In this document: one piece after another, positions 45,595-60,889 of the stretch
How positions within the stretch are numbered: position 1 is the first letter of the stretch
How the letters are laid out: each line of letters begins with the position of its first letter
Assembly: GCF_009914755.1 (NCBI RefSeq)
Contig: NC_060947.1
Strand: one strand, 5' to 3'
Length of the DNA: 64,000 nucleotides
Origin: the human T2T-CHM13v2.0 reference genome, Homo sapiens
Position numbers and translations under genes: made by a program
The notes under the pieces: model-generated
Told to the model about the DNA's origin: nothing
The model's database searches: none
What the model saw: the letters and a program-made list of their open reading frames with translations, nothing else

Positions 45595-45925
45595 ATATAG
45601 ATAAACTTTGAGAACATTATACTAAGTCAAATAAGCCAGTCACAGAAGGACAAATACTGCATGATTTCATTTACATGGTATGTCCATAATAGTCAAATTC
45701 ATAGAATGCAAGTGAAATGGTGGTTGCCAGGTCCTGAAGGGAAGGGTAAATGGGGCATTACTAATCAACAGATGTAAAGTTTAAATTAATTATGATTAAT
45801 AGGCTCTAGAGATTTACTGTATAACATTGTACTTATAGCAAAAATAGTGTATTAGTACACTTAAAATTTTGTTAAGAAGGCAGATCTCATGTTGAGTGTT
45901 CTAACCGTAACAAAATAAGATTTTG
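45595..45925 (+). mobile_element. Old L1MA/MB 3' end, right half
   Basis: aaataagccagtcacagaaggacaaatactgcatgatttc...cagatctcatgttgagtgttcta. Confidence 0.8.
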
Positions 45926-48900
45926 ATACTTATTAATTGTACACTGTTATTCATTAAGTTTAATGTGAAAATAAATTATTTAAATTCCATGTAAATTGAT
46001 CTGACATATCCAAATTATTGTGCTTATGTATTTCTACTGGCCATTACATACATTTTCAGCTATTATATCAGAATATGGATTGTAGTCTAGTGCCCACAAA
46101 AGTAGCTCAATTTTACTCAAACCTGTTAATGTTTAATCTTCAATATAGTTTACAAATTTAGACTAAAGCAGTTTGCTTCTTTATCCTTAGAAGTTTATTC
46201 AATTGGCAGAAGTAGATTTCATTTTAAAATCTAACAAAAGAAAGTGGGGAGAAAATCTACATGGACATATTTGTTATTTGTCAAATTAATTAAAACATTA
46301 GTTATAAAATTTATAAAATATAAACAACCTCAATGTTGAGAGGTCAACCAGAATAATATTATGTATGATAAGCCTGTGACCACTGGTTTAGAAGTAGATT
46401 CCTGGACTATAAAAATCTACTTTGAGATTCACGTAATCTTTATAAATAAATAGAAATAAAGTTCCCTTGTAATAACAGAAATATTACAGAACTATGACTA
46501 TCAAACTGAAATATATTTTAATTTTAATTCTTTATATTGAAACGTCATTTTGTTCTATAACTAGTTGGTACCAATTTGTCTTGCTTTCTTCAATAAATAG
46601 ATATGTAATGCTACTGTATTCCAAAATGTTTGTCTAAAAATGTTTGTTTTGCCTTATATTTCTTATCTTGCTTTTAAGCTTCATTGTCACCATTTTTTTC
46701 TCCTAATTTTCTCACATACCTTATATCCAACTTTTTAAAAATCCAACTTTTTAAAAGTGGTAATATTTTAAATATTTTTGAATCTATTCTATTTTTACCA
46801 TCTGTGTCTTTTACTCTCTATATTGGCTTAGTTCAAGTCCTTATTATCTCTCATGTGAACTACAGCAGACTATAACTTGACTTTCCTAGCTCCAATCTCC
46901 TCTCATACAAATCTTTTCACACTATATTAACTGCTGGGAATTTATAACAATCCAACCATGCTTACACAAGTTTCTTAAGGGAGTACTAAATATGGAAACA
47001 AAAGATTGAAACCTGCTAACACAAAAACACACTCAAGCACATAGCCCACAGACAATATAAAACAATTATGCAATCAAGTCTACAAAACAAGCAGCCAACA
47101 ACACTATGACAAGATCAAAATCTTGTATATCAATACTGACCCTAAATGTAAATGGCCTAAATGTCCCACTTAAAAGGAATAGAGTGACAAGTTGGATAAA
47201 AAGACAAGACATAACAGTCTGGTGTCTTCAAGTGTTGCACCTCACACGTAATGACATATGCAAGTTAAAAGTAAAGGGATGCAGGAAGGCCTACTATGCA
47301 AGCAGAAAATTTAAAAAAAGAGCAGGAGTCACTACTCTTGATAAAACAGATTTCACCAGAAACAGTCAAGAAGAACAAAGAAAGGAATTGCATAATAAAA
47401 GGTTCAATTCAGCAAAAGACTTAATTGCCCTAAATCTATGCAAACACAATACTGGAGCACCTAGATTCACAAAACTAGTTCTTCTTGACCTATGCAAAGC
47501 CTTACAAGGGCACAAAATAATAGTGGGGAACTTTAATACTCCAATGAAATTGTTAGACAGGTCATTAAGGAAGAAAAATACCAAATAAATTTTGGACTTA
47601 AACCTAACACTTGACTAATTGGACAAAACAGACATCTAAAGAATACATCACCCAGCAACGACAGACAATGCATTCTTCTCATTTGCACACAGCATATTCT
47701 AAGATAGACTATATGCTCAGCCATAAAGCAAATTTCAGCTAATAGAAGATAAAAAATAACTAAACTCAGAGATGAACTGAATAAAACTGAGACCAAAAAG
47801 TCCACAAAAAGATCAGATCAATTAAACCAAGAATTGGTTCTTTGAAAAATAAACAGGATTGATAAACCATTAGCCACATTAACACAGAAAAAACAAACAG
47901 AAAATCCAAAAAAGTGGAATTAGAAATGACAAATGATATTACAACCAATCTCATAGAAATATACAGAGGAACCTCAGAGAGTATTATAAGCACCTCTATG
48001 CAAATTAATTAGAAAATGTAGAGAAAATGGATGAATTCCCGGAGACACACAGTCTCCCAAAATTGAACCAGGAGGAAAGTAACAATATGAATAGATCAAC
48101 AAGAAGTTCAGAGATGGAATCATTAATAAAAATCCTACCAACCACAAAATCCTACAAACCACAAAATACCAAATGGAATAACAACTGAATTCTCCCACAC
48201 GTACAAAGAAGAAGTGATGCCAATTATACTGAATCTATTTCAAAATACTTAGGAGGAGGAACTTCTTCCTAACTTAATCTAAGAAGCTAGCATCATGCTG
48301 ATACCAAAATTTGGGAGAGACCTACCAAACAAAGAAAGCTTCTTACCAATATCCCTGATGAACTTTGATGCAAAAATAATAAAAAAAGTACTAGGAAATT
48401 GAATCCAGCAACATATCCAAAAGTTAATTTACCATGATCATATAGGCTTTATTACTGAAATACAAGGTTGGTCTAATATATGCAAATCAATAAATATGAT
48501 TAATCACATAAATAGAATAAAAACACACATGATCATTGCAATAGATGCAGATAAAGCCTTCAATGAGATCCAACATCTTTTTATAATAAAAATCATCGAC
48601 AAACTAGGCATCTAAAAAACAAACCTTGAAACAGTAAGAGCCGTCTATGACAAACTCACTAGCAACACCATACTGAATGGCCAAAAGCTGGAACCATCCT
48701 GCTTGAGAACTGTAACAAGGCAAGGATGCTTACTTTCACCACTCCCATTTAGCATAGTACCGGAAGTCCCAGTCAGAATAATCAGGCAACAGAAAGAAAT
48801 AAAAGGCATCAAAATAGGAAAAGAAGTCAAACTATCTCTCTTTGCTGGTGATATGGACTCTATACATAGAAAACCCAAAAGAATCATTCTAATTCTCCTT

Positions 48901-49699
48901 GAACTGGAACATGAATTCAGTAAAGTTTCAGGATACAAAGTTAACTCACAAAAAATCAGTAGCATTTCCATTTACCAATAATGTTCTAGCTGAGAAGCAA
49001 ATCAAGAATACAAAGCCACTCACAATAGCCACATAGAAATCATAAAAATGAAATACTCAGGAACTCATCGAACCAAAAGATGAAAGAGCTCTACAAGGAG
49101 TACCTCAAAACACTGCTGAAAGAAATCAGAGATGAAAAAAAATAAATGGAAAAACATTTCATTCTCATGCATTGGGAGAATCAATATTTTTAAATGGTTA
49201 TAGTTTCAAAAAAATTTACAGATTCAATTCTATCTTTATAAAAATATCAGTGTCATTTTCCATGGAATTAGAAAAATCTATTCTAAAATTTATTTGAGAC
49301 AAAAAAAAAAAAAGCCAGGATAGACAAAGCAATCCCAAGCAAATAGAACAAACCCAACAGTATCATGTATTTCCATTTCACACTGTACTATAAGGTTACA
49401 GTAACCAAAAAAAAAAAAAAAAAAAAAAAAGTCACTGGTAAAAAAATATAAATAGACCAGTAAATAATTAAGAAATAAACTTACACACCTAGAACAATCT
49501 GATCTTTGACAAAATCAACAAAAATAAGCAATGGGGAAATGATTCCATATTTGATAAATGGTACTAGGACAACTGGCTACCCATATGCAAAACAATAAAA
49601 ATACACTACTAATTCTCACCATATACAAAAATTAACTCAAGATAGACTAAAGACTTAAATGTAAGATGTGAAACTATAAAAATTCTACAAGGAAATTTA

Positions 49700-50012
49700 G
49701 CTGGGAGTGGTTGCTCATGCCTATAATCTCAGTGCTTTGGGAGGTGAAGGTGGGCAGATTGCTTAAACTCAGGAGTTCGAGACAAGCCTGGGCAACACCA
49801 ACATGGTAAGACCACTCCTACACAAAATATACAAAAATTAACAGGGCATGATGGCATGTGCCTGTAGTCCCAGCTCCTTGGGAGGCTGAGGTGGGAGGAT
49901 CACTTGAGTTCGAGAGGTGTGGGTGCAGTAAGCTGAGCTGAGATCACATCACTGCACTCCAGTCCAGGCGACAGAGAGGGATCCTGTCTCAAAAAATAAT
50001 AATAAAATAAAA
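49700..50012 (+). mobile_element. AluJ
   Basis: TSD AAGGAAATTTAG (49689-49700) and AAGGAAATCTAG (50013-50024). Confidence 0.9.
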
Positions 50013-50317
50013 AAGGAAATCTAGGAAGTACTCTTCTCAATATCAGCTTTGGTGAAGAATTTATGGTTAAGTCCCCAAAAACAATTGCAACAAAAAACAA
50101 AAATTGACATTGAGACCTAAATAAACTAAAGATTTGCTGCAGAGCAAAATAAATTGCCACCAGAGTAAACAGACAGCCTTCATAATGGGAAAAAAATATT
50201 TTCAAACAATGCTTCTGAAAAAGGTCAAATATCTAGAATCTATAGAAAAATTAAACAAAAAAACCCAATAATACAAATATAAAATGGGCAAAAGACATGA
50301 ACAGACAGACACTTTTC

Positions 50318-51690
50318 TTTTTTATTATTATTATTATACTTTAAGTTCTAGGGTACATGTGCACAACATGCAGATTTGTTACATAGGTATACACGTGCCA
50401 TGTTGCTTTGCTGTATCCATCAACTCGTCATTTACATTAGGTATTTCTCCTAACGCTATCCCTCCCCCAACCCCCCACCCCCCAACAGGCCCTGGTGTGT
50501 GACATTCCCCTCCCTGTGTCCATGTGTTCTCGTTATTCACCTCCCACTTATGAGTGAGAACATGCGGTGTTTGGTTTTTTGTCCTTGTGATATTTTGCTG
50601 AGAATGATGGTTTCCAGCTTCATCCATATCCTTGCAAAGGACATAAACTCATCCCTTTTTATGGCTGCATAGTATTCCATGGTGTATATGTGCCACATTT
50701 TCTTTATCTGGTCTATTATTAATGGACATTTGGGTTGGTTCCAAGTCTTTGCTATTGTGAATAGTGATGCAATAAACATACATGTGCATGTATCTTTATA
50801 GTAGCATGATTTATAATCCTTTGGGCACATACCCAGTAATGGGATTGCTTGGTCAAATGGTATTTCTAGTTCGAGATCCTTGAGGAATCACCACACTGTC
50901 GTCCACAGTGGTTGAACTAATTTACACTCCCACCGAAAGTGTAAAAGCATTCCTATTTCTCCACATCCTCTCCATCATCTGTTGTTTCCTGACTTTTTAA
51001 TGATCATCATTCTAACTGGTGTGAGATTGTATCTCATTGCAGTTTTGATTTGCATTTCTCTGATGACCAGTGATGATGAGCATTTTTTCATATGTCTGTT
51101 GGCTGCATAAATGTCTTCTTTTGAGAATTGTCTGTTCATATACTTTGCCCAATTTTGATGGGGTTGTTTGTTTTTTTCTTGTAAATTTGTTTGAGTTCTT
51201 TGTAGATTCTGGATATTAGCCCTTTGTCAGATGGATAGATTGCAAAAATATTCTCCCATTCTGTAGGTTGCCTGTTCACTCTGATGATAGTTTCTTTTGC
51301 TGTGCAGAAGCTCTTTAGTTTAATTAGATCTCATTTGTCTGTTTTAGCTTTTGTTACCGTTGCTTTTGGTGTTTTAGTCATGAAGTCATTGCCCATGCCT
51401 ATGTCCTGAACGGTATTGCCTAGGTTTTCTTCTAGAGTTTTTATGGTTTTAGGTCTTATATTTAAGTCTTTAATCCATCTTGAGTTAATTTTTGTGTAAG
51501 GTGTAAGGAAGGGATCCAGTTTCACCTTTCTACATATTGCTAGCGAGTTTTCTCAGCACCATTTATTAAATAGGGAATCCTTTCCCCATTGCTTGTTTTT
51601 GTCAGGTTTGTCAAAGATCAGATGGTTGTAGATGTGTGGTGTTATTTCTGAGGTCTCTGTTCTGTTCCATTCGTCTATATATCTGTTTTG
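50318..51690 (-). mobile_element. 5'-truncated L1PA5/6-like element
   Basis: 16-bp TSD CAGACAGACACTTTTC at 50302-50317 and 51691-51706. Confidence 0.92.
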
Positions 51691-53199
51691 CAGACAGACA
51701 CTTTTCAAAAGAAGTTGTACAAATGGATCTATAATCATCAGAAAAATGCAAATTAATACCAGAATGGGTTACTATCTCACACCAGTCAGAATGGCTATCA
51801 ATAAAAAGAAAAAAATTTGCCAGTGAAATTGCAGAGAAAAGGGTATCCTTATAAACTGCTGGTGGAAATATAAATTAGTTCAACTGCTGTGAAAAGTAGT
51901 TTGGGGATTTCTCAAAGAACTTAAAACAGAGCAGCCATTTAACCCAGTAATCCCATTACTGAGTAGATATTTAAAATAAAAAAAAATTGTTCTACCAAAA
52001 AGACACATGTACATACATGTTCATCATAGCAAAAAAATGAAATCAATCATTCACAATAGCAAAAAAATCAATCATTCACAATAGCAAAAAATCATTCACA
52101 ATAGCAAAAAAATGAAATCAATCTGCATGCCCATCGATGGTGGACTACATAAAGAAAATATGGTACATGTACACCATGGAATACTATGCATCTATAAAAA
52201 AGAATAAAATCTTGCCTTTTGCAGAACTATGGATGCTGCTCAAGGCCACTGTCCTAAGCATATTAATGTAAGAACAGGAAAACAACTATTGTATGTTCTC
52301 ACTTATAAGTGGGAGCTAAACATTGAATACATGTAACCATAAATTTGGAACAGTAGATGGGGGGGAATACTAGATGGGGGAGAGAGAGAGGCAGTATGGC
52401 CTGAAAAACAGCTCAGTTTTCCTGAACTGAAGTATTATGATTAGTATAAAAGTAAAAATTCTAAAAAACTTAAATACAAGAAATTTTAAAATGAAATTAA
52501 AATAAAATAAAGAAGAGCCAAACACAAACATGCATGTTAATCTTTTTCTAAGAAACACATCAGTTCCACATTGACATAGGCCAAAGTCTAAATGATAACA
52601 TATAATATGCTCTAAATTAAAAACATTATATAATTGTAACCAGCATCATCACCCAACACAGCCTTCAGTTCCTCATGTTCTACAGTACAAGTGAAACATT
52701 AACCATTTCTTCAAGAATGCTCACATATTCCTCTGTCTCTCTTCCTGAAACACATGCCACCACTAACCATTCCCACTTTTTGTTTGGTTTAGAAAAGTAT
52801 TTTCTAAACCATATGCAAGTATATTTTCAAAAGTTGTTCAAATATCTCTCACTAAATGTTAACTTCACCAATTAATATTGATAAAATAACATTTGCAGAG
52901 AAAACAAACATACATATTTGATCACAGTGTGTGCATCAACATGATTGGTAAAACATTAAAATTTTTTAAAATCTTTGGGTACAAGACCATTATTTGGCTG
53001 AGCCTCTGAGTGCCTAACTAACAGAAGTTTTTACCTGAAACTCCATGTACCATCTAAAAATACATACCTAAAACATTAATAATTGAAACAACAGAAAGCA
53101 TCAACAACCACTTTTTAGCTTTATAACCTGCAACAATTAAGATTTGTTTCTCAGAACATCTGATTTAACAGTTGTTAAATATTTTGATTTCCATCTTTA

Positions 53200-54402
53200 T
53201 CTTTTTCAACTTTTATTTTAGGTTCGGTGTTACATGTGCACATTTGTTACATGGGGAAATTGTTTGTAACTGAGATTTGGTGTACAAATGACCCCATCAT
53301 CCAGGGAGTAAGCATGGTACCTGATAGTGCTCTCATCTCTCTTCCATCCTCCCCCACTACTAGTCTCCAGTGTCTATTGTTTCCATCTTTGTGTTCATGT
53401 GTACTTGATACTTTGCCCCACTTATAAGTGAGACCGTGAGGTATTTGGTTTTCTGTTCTTGCATTAATTCAGTTAGGAAAATGGCTTCCAGCTGCAACCA
53501 TGTTGCTGCAAAGGGCATGATTTTATTCTTTATATGGCTGCCTAGTGTTCCATAGTGTATATGTATCACATTTTAAAATCTAGTCCACCATCTATTGACA
53601 ACGAGGTTCATTCCATGTCTTTGCTACTGTTAATAGTGCTGCAATGAAGGTATAAGTGCATGTGCCTTTTTGGTAGAGCAATTTATTTTCCTTTGGGTCT
53701 ATATAACCAGTAATTGAATTGCTAGGTCAAATGGTAGTTCTAAGTTCTTTGAGAAATCTTCAAACTGGTTTCCACTGTGGCTGAACTAATTTACATTCCC
53801 ACCAACAGTATATAAGAGTTCCTTTTTCTCTGCAACATCACCACAGTCTCTTATTTTTTGACTTTTTAACAGTAGCCATTCTGACTGGTGTGAAATAGTT
53901 TCTATGTGGTTTTTATACACATTTCTCCAATGTTTAGTAATTGAGTATTTTTTCCTATGCTTGTTGGCTGCATGAATATCTTTTTTTTGAGAAGTGTCTG
54001 TTCATGTCCTTTGCCCCCTTTTTAATGGGTTTATTTGTTTTTAGATTGTTGAATTGTTTAAATTCTCTGTAGATTCTGGATACTAGACTTTTGTTAGATG
54101 ATAGTTTGTAACTATTTTCTCCCATTCTGTATGTTGTCTCTTTACTCTGCTGACAGTTTCTTTGGCTGTGCAGAAGCTCTTTAGTACCATTAGGTCCCAC
54201 TTGTCAATTTTTTTGTTGGTATTGCAATTTATTTTGGGAACTTAGTCATAAATTCCTTGCTAAGGTTGTTGTCCAGAATGGTACTTTCTAGATTTTAGTC
54301 TAGGATTTTTATAACTTTAGGTCTTATATTCAAGTCTAATCAATCATGAGTTAATTTTTGTATATGGTAGGAGGAAGAATTCCAGTTTTATTTTCTGCAT
54401 AT
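53200..54402 (-). mobile_element. 5'-truncated old L1PA (PA15/16-like)
   Basis: caacttttattttaggttcgg..tacatgtgcacatttgttacatggg 3' end followed by ORF2 3' sequence. Confidence 0.8.
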
Positions 54403-54909
54403 GTAATTGCCACCTTTAAACAAAAGCAAATATGGTAGTTTATTACTTCTCATGAATATACTGAATGTCTTTATAATATTTTTTTGTTTCACATATCCCA
54501 GGCTTTACACAAATGCTCTTAAATTCAGTTGAAATGTAGCCAGGAGGCAATGCATGTACAAAAATAACTAATAGATGGTATAACACGTGCCACCAGTGCT
54601 GCAGTACTGGAAATTTTGAAAGCTGAACATTATTGCTGACAAGCAGGAATGGAGATAAATGTTTAATTATGTGCTTAGTTTCAGTAATTTAAATTAGAGA
54701 TTAGAAAGACACATTAAAAAGAACTTTACCAATGTGTTAAATATATAAACACTAAAGTGAGATAATAAAATGTATACAGTTACAGAGATTAAATATGTAT
54801 AAAATAGTAGTGGAACCTAAAACAAATAAGGTTTGGCAACATAGCACCGATGAACACAATGTATTATGCTAGTTTAAAACACATTAATGCATATGTTTTG
54901 ATAAATTTT

Positions 54910-55300
54910 TAAGAACTTTTGTGTCTGTAATCATGAGAGATATTGGCCTGTAAATTTCCTTTGGTGTAATGTTAAGAAATTTTTTATATCAAGGTTTATT
55001 TGACTTCATATAACAAATTTATAAGAATTTCCTGTTCGTATAATCTGGACAAATGGTTCAAAATAACATGATTCCTTAAATAGATATTTCAAAAACTTCA
55101 TGACTGAAACTAACTGGGCCTGGAGTTTTATTTGTTAGAATATTTTAAATAACTTATTTAATTTGTATAAAAATGTACAAATATTTGTCTTTTGTTCTTG
55201 TTTTTTTACATTGTTTTGACAGGAATTTATCTAAATTTTAATATTTACTACTGTAAAGTTGTTCATATTATGCATTTACTATATTATCGTCCTTGCTTTT
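54910..55300 (-). mobile_element. Ancient L1M ORF2 remnant
   Basis: tcatgagagatattggcctgtaaatttcc...gggcctggagttttatttgttaga. Confidence 0.55.
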
Positions 55301-55370
55301 ATGTAAAATTAGTTTTGTAGTATAATAAAAATACCAAAAAATACATAGATTATAAATGTATAGTTTGATG

Positions 55371-58300
55371 ACCGGGGCGAAGCTTCCAGAGGAAGGAATA
55401 GGCAGCAATCTTTGCTGTTCTGCAGCCTCCACTGGTGATACCCAGGCAAACAGGGTCTGAAGTGGACCTCCAGCAAACTCCAGCAGACCTGCAGCAGAGG
55501 GTCCTGACTGTTAGAAGGAAAACTAACAAAGAGAAAGGAATAGCATCAACATCAAGAAGAAAAGGACGTCCACACAGAAACCCCATTCGAAGGTCACCAA
55601 TATCAAAGAACAAAGGTAGATAAATCTATGAAGATGAGGAAAAACCAGTGCAAAAAGGCTGAAAATTCCAAAAACCAGAACACCTCTTCTACTCCAAAGG
55701 ATCACAACTCCTCACCAGCCAGGGAACAAAACTGGACAGAGAATGAGTTTGACGAATTGACAGAAGTAGGCTTCAGAAGGTGGATAATAACAAAATCCTC
55801 CAAGCTAAAGGAGCATGTTCTAAACCACTGCAAGGAAGGTGAGAACCTTGAAAAAAGGCTACATGCATTGCTAACTAGAATAACCAGTTTAGAGAAGAAC
55901 ATAAAAGACCTGATGGAGCTGAAAAACACATCACAAGAACTTCATGAAGCATACACAAGTATCAACAGATGAATCGATCAAGAGGAAGAAAGAAGATCAG
56001 AGATTGAAGATCGACTTAATGAAATAAAGTGTGAAGACAAGATTAGAGAAAAAAGAAGGAAAAGGAACGAACAAGGCTTCCAAGAAATATGGGACCGTGT
56101 GAAAAGACCAAACCTACATTTGATTGGTGTACCTGAAAGTGATGAGGAGAATAGAACCAAATTGGAAAACACTCTTCAGGATATTATCCAGGAGAACATC
56201 CCCAACCTAGCAAGAGAGGCCAACATTCAAATTCAGGAAATACAGAGAACACCACAAAAATACTCCTCGAGAAGAGCAACCCCAAAACACATTATCGTCA
56301 GACTCACCAAGGTTGAAATAAAGGAAAAAATGTTAAGGGCAGCCAGAGAGAAAGGTGGGGTTCCCCACAAAGGGAAGCCTATCAAACTAATAGCTGGTCT
56401 CTCTGCAGAAATGGTACAAGCCAGAAGAGAGTGGGGGCAAATATTCAACATTCTTTAAAAAAAGAATTTTCAATGCAGAATTTCATATCCAGCCAAACTA
56501 AGCTTCAGAAGTGAAGAATAAATAAAATCCTTTACAGACAAGCAAATGCTGAGGGATTTTGACACCACCAGGCCTGCCTTACAAGAGCTCCAGAAGGAAG
56601 CACTAAATATGGAAAGGAAAAACCTGTACCAGCCTCTGCAAAAACAAACCAAAGTGTAAAGACCATCAACACTATGAAGAAACCGCATCAACTAATGGAC
56701 AAAATAACCTGCTAGCATCATAATGACAGGATCAAATTCACACATAACATTATTAACCTTAAATGTAAATGAGCTAAATGCCCCAATTAAAAGGCTCGGA
56801 TTGCCAAGTTGGATACAGAGTCAAGACTCATTGGTGTGCTGTATTCAGGAGACACACCTCACGTGCAAAGACACACATAGGCTCAAAATAAAGGGATGGA
56901 GGAAGATTTACCAAGCAAATGTAAAGAAAAAAAAAAGCAGGGTTTGCAATCCTAGTCTTTGATAAAACAGACTATAAACCAACAAAGATCACAAAACACA
57001 AAGAAGGGCTTTACATAATGGTAAAGGGATCAATGCAACAAGAAGAGCTAACTATCCTAAATATATATGCACCCAATGCAGGAGGACCTGGATTCATAAA
57101 GCAAGTTCTTAGAGACCTAGAAAGAGAATTAGGCTCCCACACAATAACAGTGGAAGACTTTACCACTCCACTGTCAATATTAGACAGATCAACGAGACAG
57201 AAAATTCACAAGTATATTCAAGACTTGAACTCAGCTCTGGACTGAGCAGACCTAATAGACATCTACAGATCTCTCCACCCAAAATAAATAGAATATACAT
57301 TCTTCTCAGCACCACATAGCACTTGTTCGAAAATTGACCACATAATTGGAAGTAAAACACTCCTTAGCAAATGCAAAAAAATGGAAATAATAATAAACAG
57401 TCTGTCAGACCACAGTGCAATCAAATTAGAACTCAGGATTAAGAAACTCACTCAAAACTGCACAACTACATGGAAACTGAACAACATGCTCCTGAATGAC
57501 TAATGGGTAAATAAAGAAATTTAGGCAGAAATAAATAAGTTCTTTGAAACCAATGAGAACAAAGACACAACATACTAGAATCTCTGGGACACAGCTAAAG
57601 CAGTGTTTAGAGTGAAATTTATAGCACTAAATGCCCACAGGAGAAAGTGGGAATAATCTAAAATCAATACCCTAACATCACAATAAAGCAAACTGGAGAA
57701 GCAAGAGTAAATTCAAAAGCTAACAGAAGACAAGAAATAACTAGGATCAAAGCAGAACTGAAGGAAATAGACACAAAAAAAACCCTTCAAAAAATCAATG
57801 AATCCAGGAGCTGGTTTATTGCAAAGATTAACAGAATAGATAGAGTGCTAGCCAGACTAATAAAGAAGAAAAGAGATAAGAATCAAATAGGCACAATAAA
57901 AAATGATAAAGGGGAGATCACCACTGATCCCAAAGAAATACAAACTACCACCAGAGAATGCTATAAACACCTCTATGCAAATAAACTAGAAAATCTAGAA
58001 GAACTGGATAAATTCCTGGACACATACACTCTCCCAAGACTAAACCAGAAAGAAGTTGAATCCCTGAATAGACCAATAACAAGTTCTGAAATTGAGGCAG
58101 TAATTAATAGCCTAGAAAAACAGCTATTAATTAATAGCCAACGAAAGCCCAGGACCAGACAGATTCGCAGCCAAATTATATCAGAGGTACAAAGAGGAAC
58201 TGGTACCATTCCTTCTGAAACTATTCCAAACAGTAGAAAAAGAGGGACTCCTCCCTAACTCATTTTATGAGGCCAGCATCATCCTGATACCAAAACCTGG

Positions 58301-60780
58301 CAGAGACACAACAAAAACAAAAAATTTCAGGCCAATATCCCTGATGAAAATCAATGGAAAAATCCTCAGTAAAATACTGGATAACCAAATCCAGCAGCAC
58401 ATCAAAAAGCTTATTTACCACGATCAAGACAAATTCTTCCCTGGGATGCAAGGCTGGTTCAACATACACAAATCAATAAACATAATCCATCACATAAACA
58501 GATCCAATGACAAAAACCACATGATTATCTCAATAGATGCAGAAAAGGCCTTTGATAAAATTCAACACCCCTTCATGGTAAAAACACTCAATAAACTAGG
58601 TATTGATGGAATATATCTCAAAACAATAAGAGCTATTTATGACAAACCCATAGCCAATATCATAATGAATGGACAAAAGATGGAAGCATTCCCTTTGAAA
58701 ATAGGTGCAAGACAAGGGTGCCCTCTCTCACCACTCCTACTCAACATAGTATTGGACGTTCTAGCTAGAGCAATCAGGCAAGAGAAAGAAATAAAGGACA
58801 TTCAGATAGGAAGAGAGGAAGTCAAAGTATCTCTGTTTGCAGATGACATGATTGTATAGTTTAAAAACCCCATTGTCTCACCCCCACAAATTCATAAGCG
58901 GATAAGCAACTTCAGCAAAGTCTCAGGATACAAAATCAATGTGCAAAAATCACAAGCATTTCTATATATCAATAACAGAAAAACAGAGAGCCAAATCATG
59001 AGCAAACTCTCATTCTCAATTGCTACAAAGATAATAAAATACCTAGGAATACAACTTACAAGGGATGTGAAGCTTCTCTTCAAGGAGAACTACAAACCAT
59101 TGCTCAAGGAAATAAAGGAGGACACAAGCAGATGGAAAAACATTTTATGCTCATGGATAGGAAGAATCAATATTGTGAAAATGACCATACTGCCAAAAGT
59201 AATTTATAGATTCAATGCTATTCCCATCAAGCTACCATTGACTTTCATCACAGAATTAGAAAAAAACTACTTTAAATTTCATATGGAATCAAAAAAAGAA
59301 CCCGTATAGCCAAGACAATCCTAAGCAAAAAGAGCAAACCTGGAGGCATCACTCTACCTGACTTTAAACTATACTACAAGGCTACAATAACCAAAACAGC
59401 ATGGTACTGGTACCAAAACAGATATATAGACCAATGGAACAGAACAGAGGCCTCAGATGTGTGACACCACACATCTATAACCATCTTATCTTTGACAAAC
59501 CTGACAAAAACAAGCAATGAGAAAAGGATTCCATATTTAATAAATGGTATTGGGAAAACTGGCTAGCCATATGCATAAAACTGAAACTGGACCACTTCCT
59601 TACACCTTATACAAAAATTAACTCAAGATGGATAGAAGATTTAAACGTTAAGACCTAAAACCATGAAAACCCTAGAAAAAAACCTAGGCAATACCATTCA
59701 AAACTTAGGCATGGGCAAAGACTTCCTGACTAAAACACCAAAAGCAATTGCAACAAAAGCCAGCATTGACAAATGGGATCTAATTAAACTAAAGAGCCTC
59801 TGCACAGCAAAAGAAACTATCATCAGAGTGAACAGGCAACCTACAGAATGGGAGAATATTTTTGCAATCTATCCATCTGACAAAGGGCTAATATCCAGAA
59901 TCTACAAGAAACTTAAACAAATTTACAAGAAAAAAACAACCGCATCAAAAAGTGGACAAAGGATGTGAACAAACACTTTTCAAAAGAAGACATTTATGTG
60001 GCCAACAAACATATGAAAAAAAGCTAACCATCACTGGTCATTAGAGAAATGCAAATCAAAACCACAATGAGATACCATCTCACACCAGTTAGAATGGCCA
60101 TCATTAAAATGTCAGGAAACCACAGATGCTGGAGAAGATGTGGAGAAACAGGAATGCTTTTACACTGTTGGTGGAATTGTAAATTAGTTCAACCATTGTG
60201 GAAATCAGTATGATGATTCCTCAGGGATCTAGAACTGGAAATATCATTCCTCCCAGCAATCCCATTACTGAGTATATACTAAAGTATTATAAATCCTTTA
60301 CTATAAAGACACATGCACACGTATGTTTATTGCAGCACTATTCACAATAGCAAAGGCTTGGAACCAACCCAAATGCCCATCAATGTTAGACTGGATAAAG
60401 AAAATGTGGCACATGTACACCATAGAATATTATGCATTCATAAAAAAGAATGAGTTTATGTCCTTTGCAGGGACATGGATGAAGCTGGAAATCATCATTC
60501 TCAGCAAACTAACAAAGGAACAGAAAACCAAACATTTCATGTTCTCACTCGTAAGTGTGAGTTGAACAATGAGGACATATGGGCACAGGGAGGGAAACAT
60601 CACACACCGGGCCTGTCAGGGGTTGGGGGCAAGGGGAGGGATAGAATTAGGAGAAAGATCTAATGTATATGACGTGTTGATGGGTGCAGCAAACCACCAT
60701 GGCATGTGTATACCTATGTAACAAACCTGCATGTTCTGCACATGTATCCCAGATCTTAAAGTATAATAATAAAAAAAAAG
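55371..60780 (+). mobile_element. L1PA7-like element truncated within the 5' UTR; ORF1 (from 55628) and ORF2 (from 56723) disrupted
   Basis: Track peptides MKMRKNQCKKAENSK..., [16 protein letters not shown]... and FADD. 3' UTR and A tail end at ~60779. No TSD found. Confidence 0.9.
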
Positions 60781-60889
60781 CCTGAAATAAATGTGGGCAA
60801 AAAACTTACAAATGACTATTGAGTCTAGAATTTAATGACAAATGTGTGATAAATTTAGAAACAAAATTTCTCTCACTCCCATCCTCATT

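Larger units (their letters stand above)
46925..52400 (+). mobile_element. Old L1 (L1PB/L1PA16-like): ORF1 end, degenerate ORF2 and 3' UTR, with nested AluJ and L1PA
   Basis: ORF2 N-terminus 47106..47588 ([19 protein letters not shown]). RT-region peptide 48703..48981. Confidence 0.85.
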
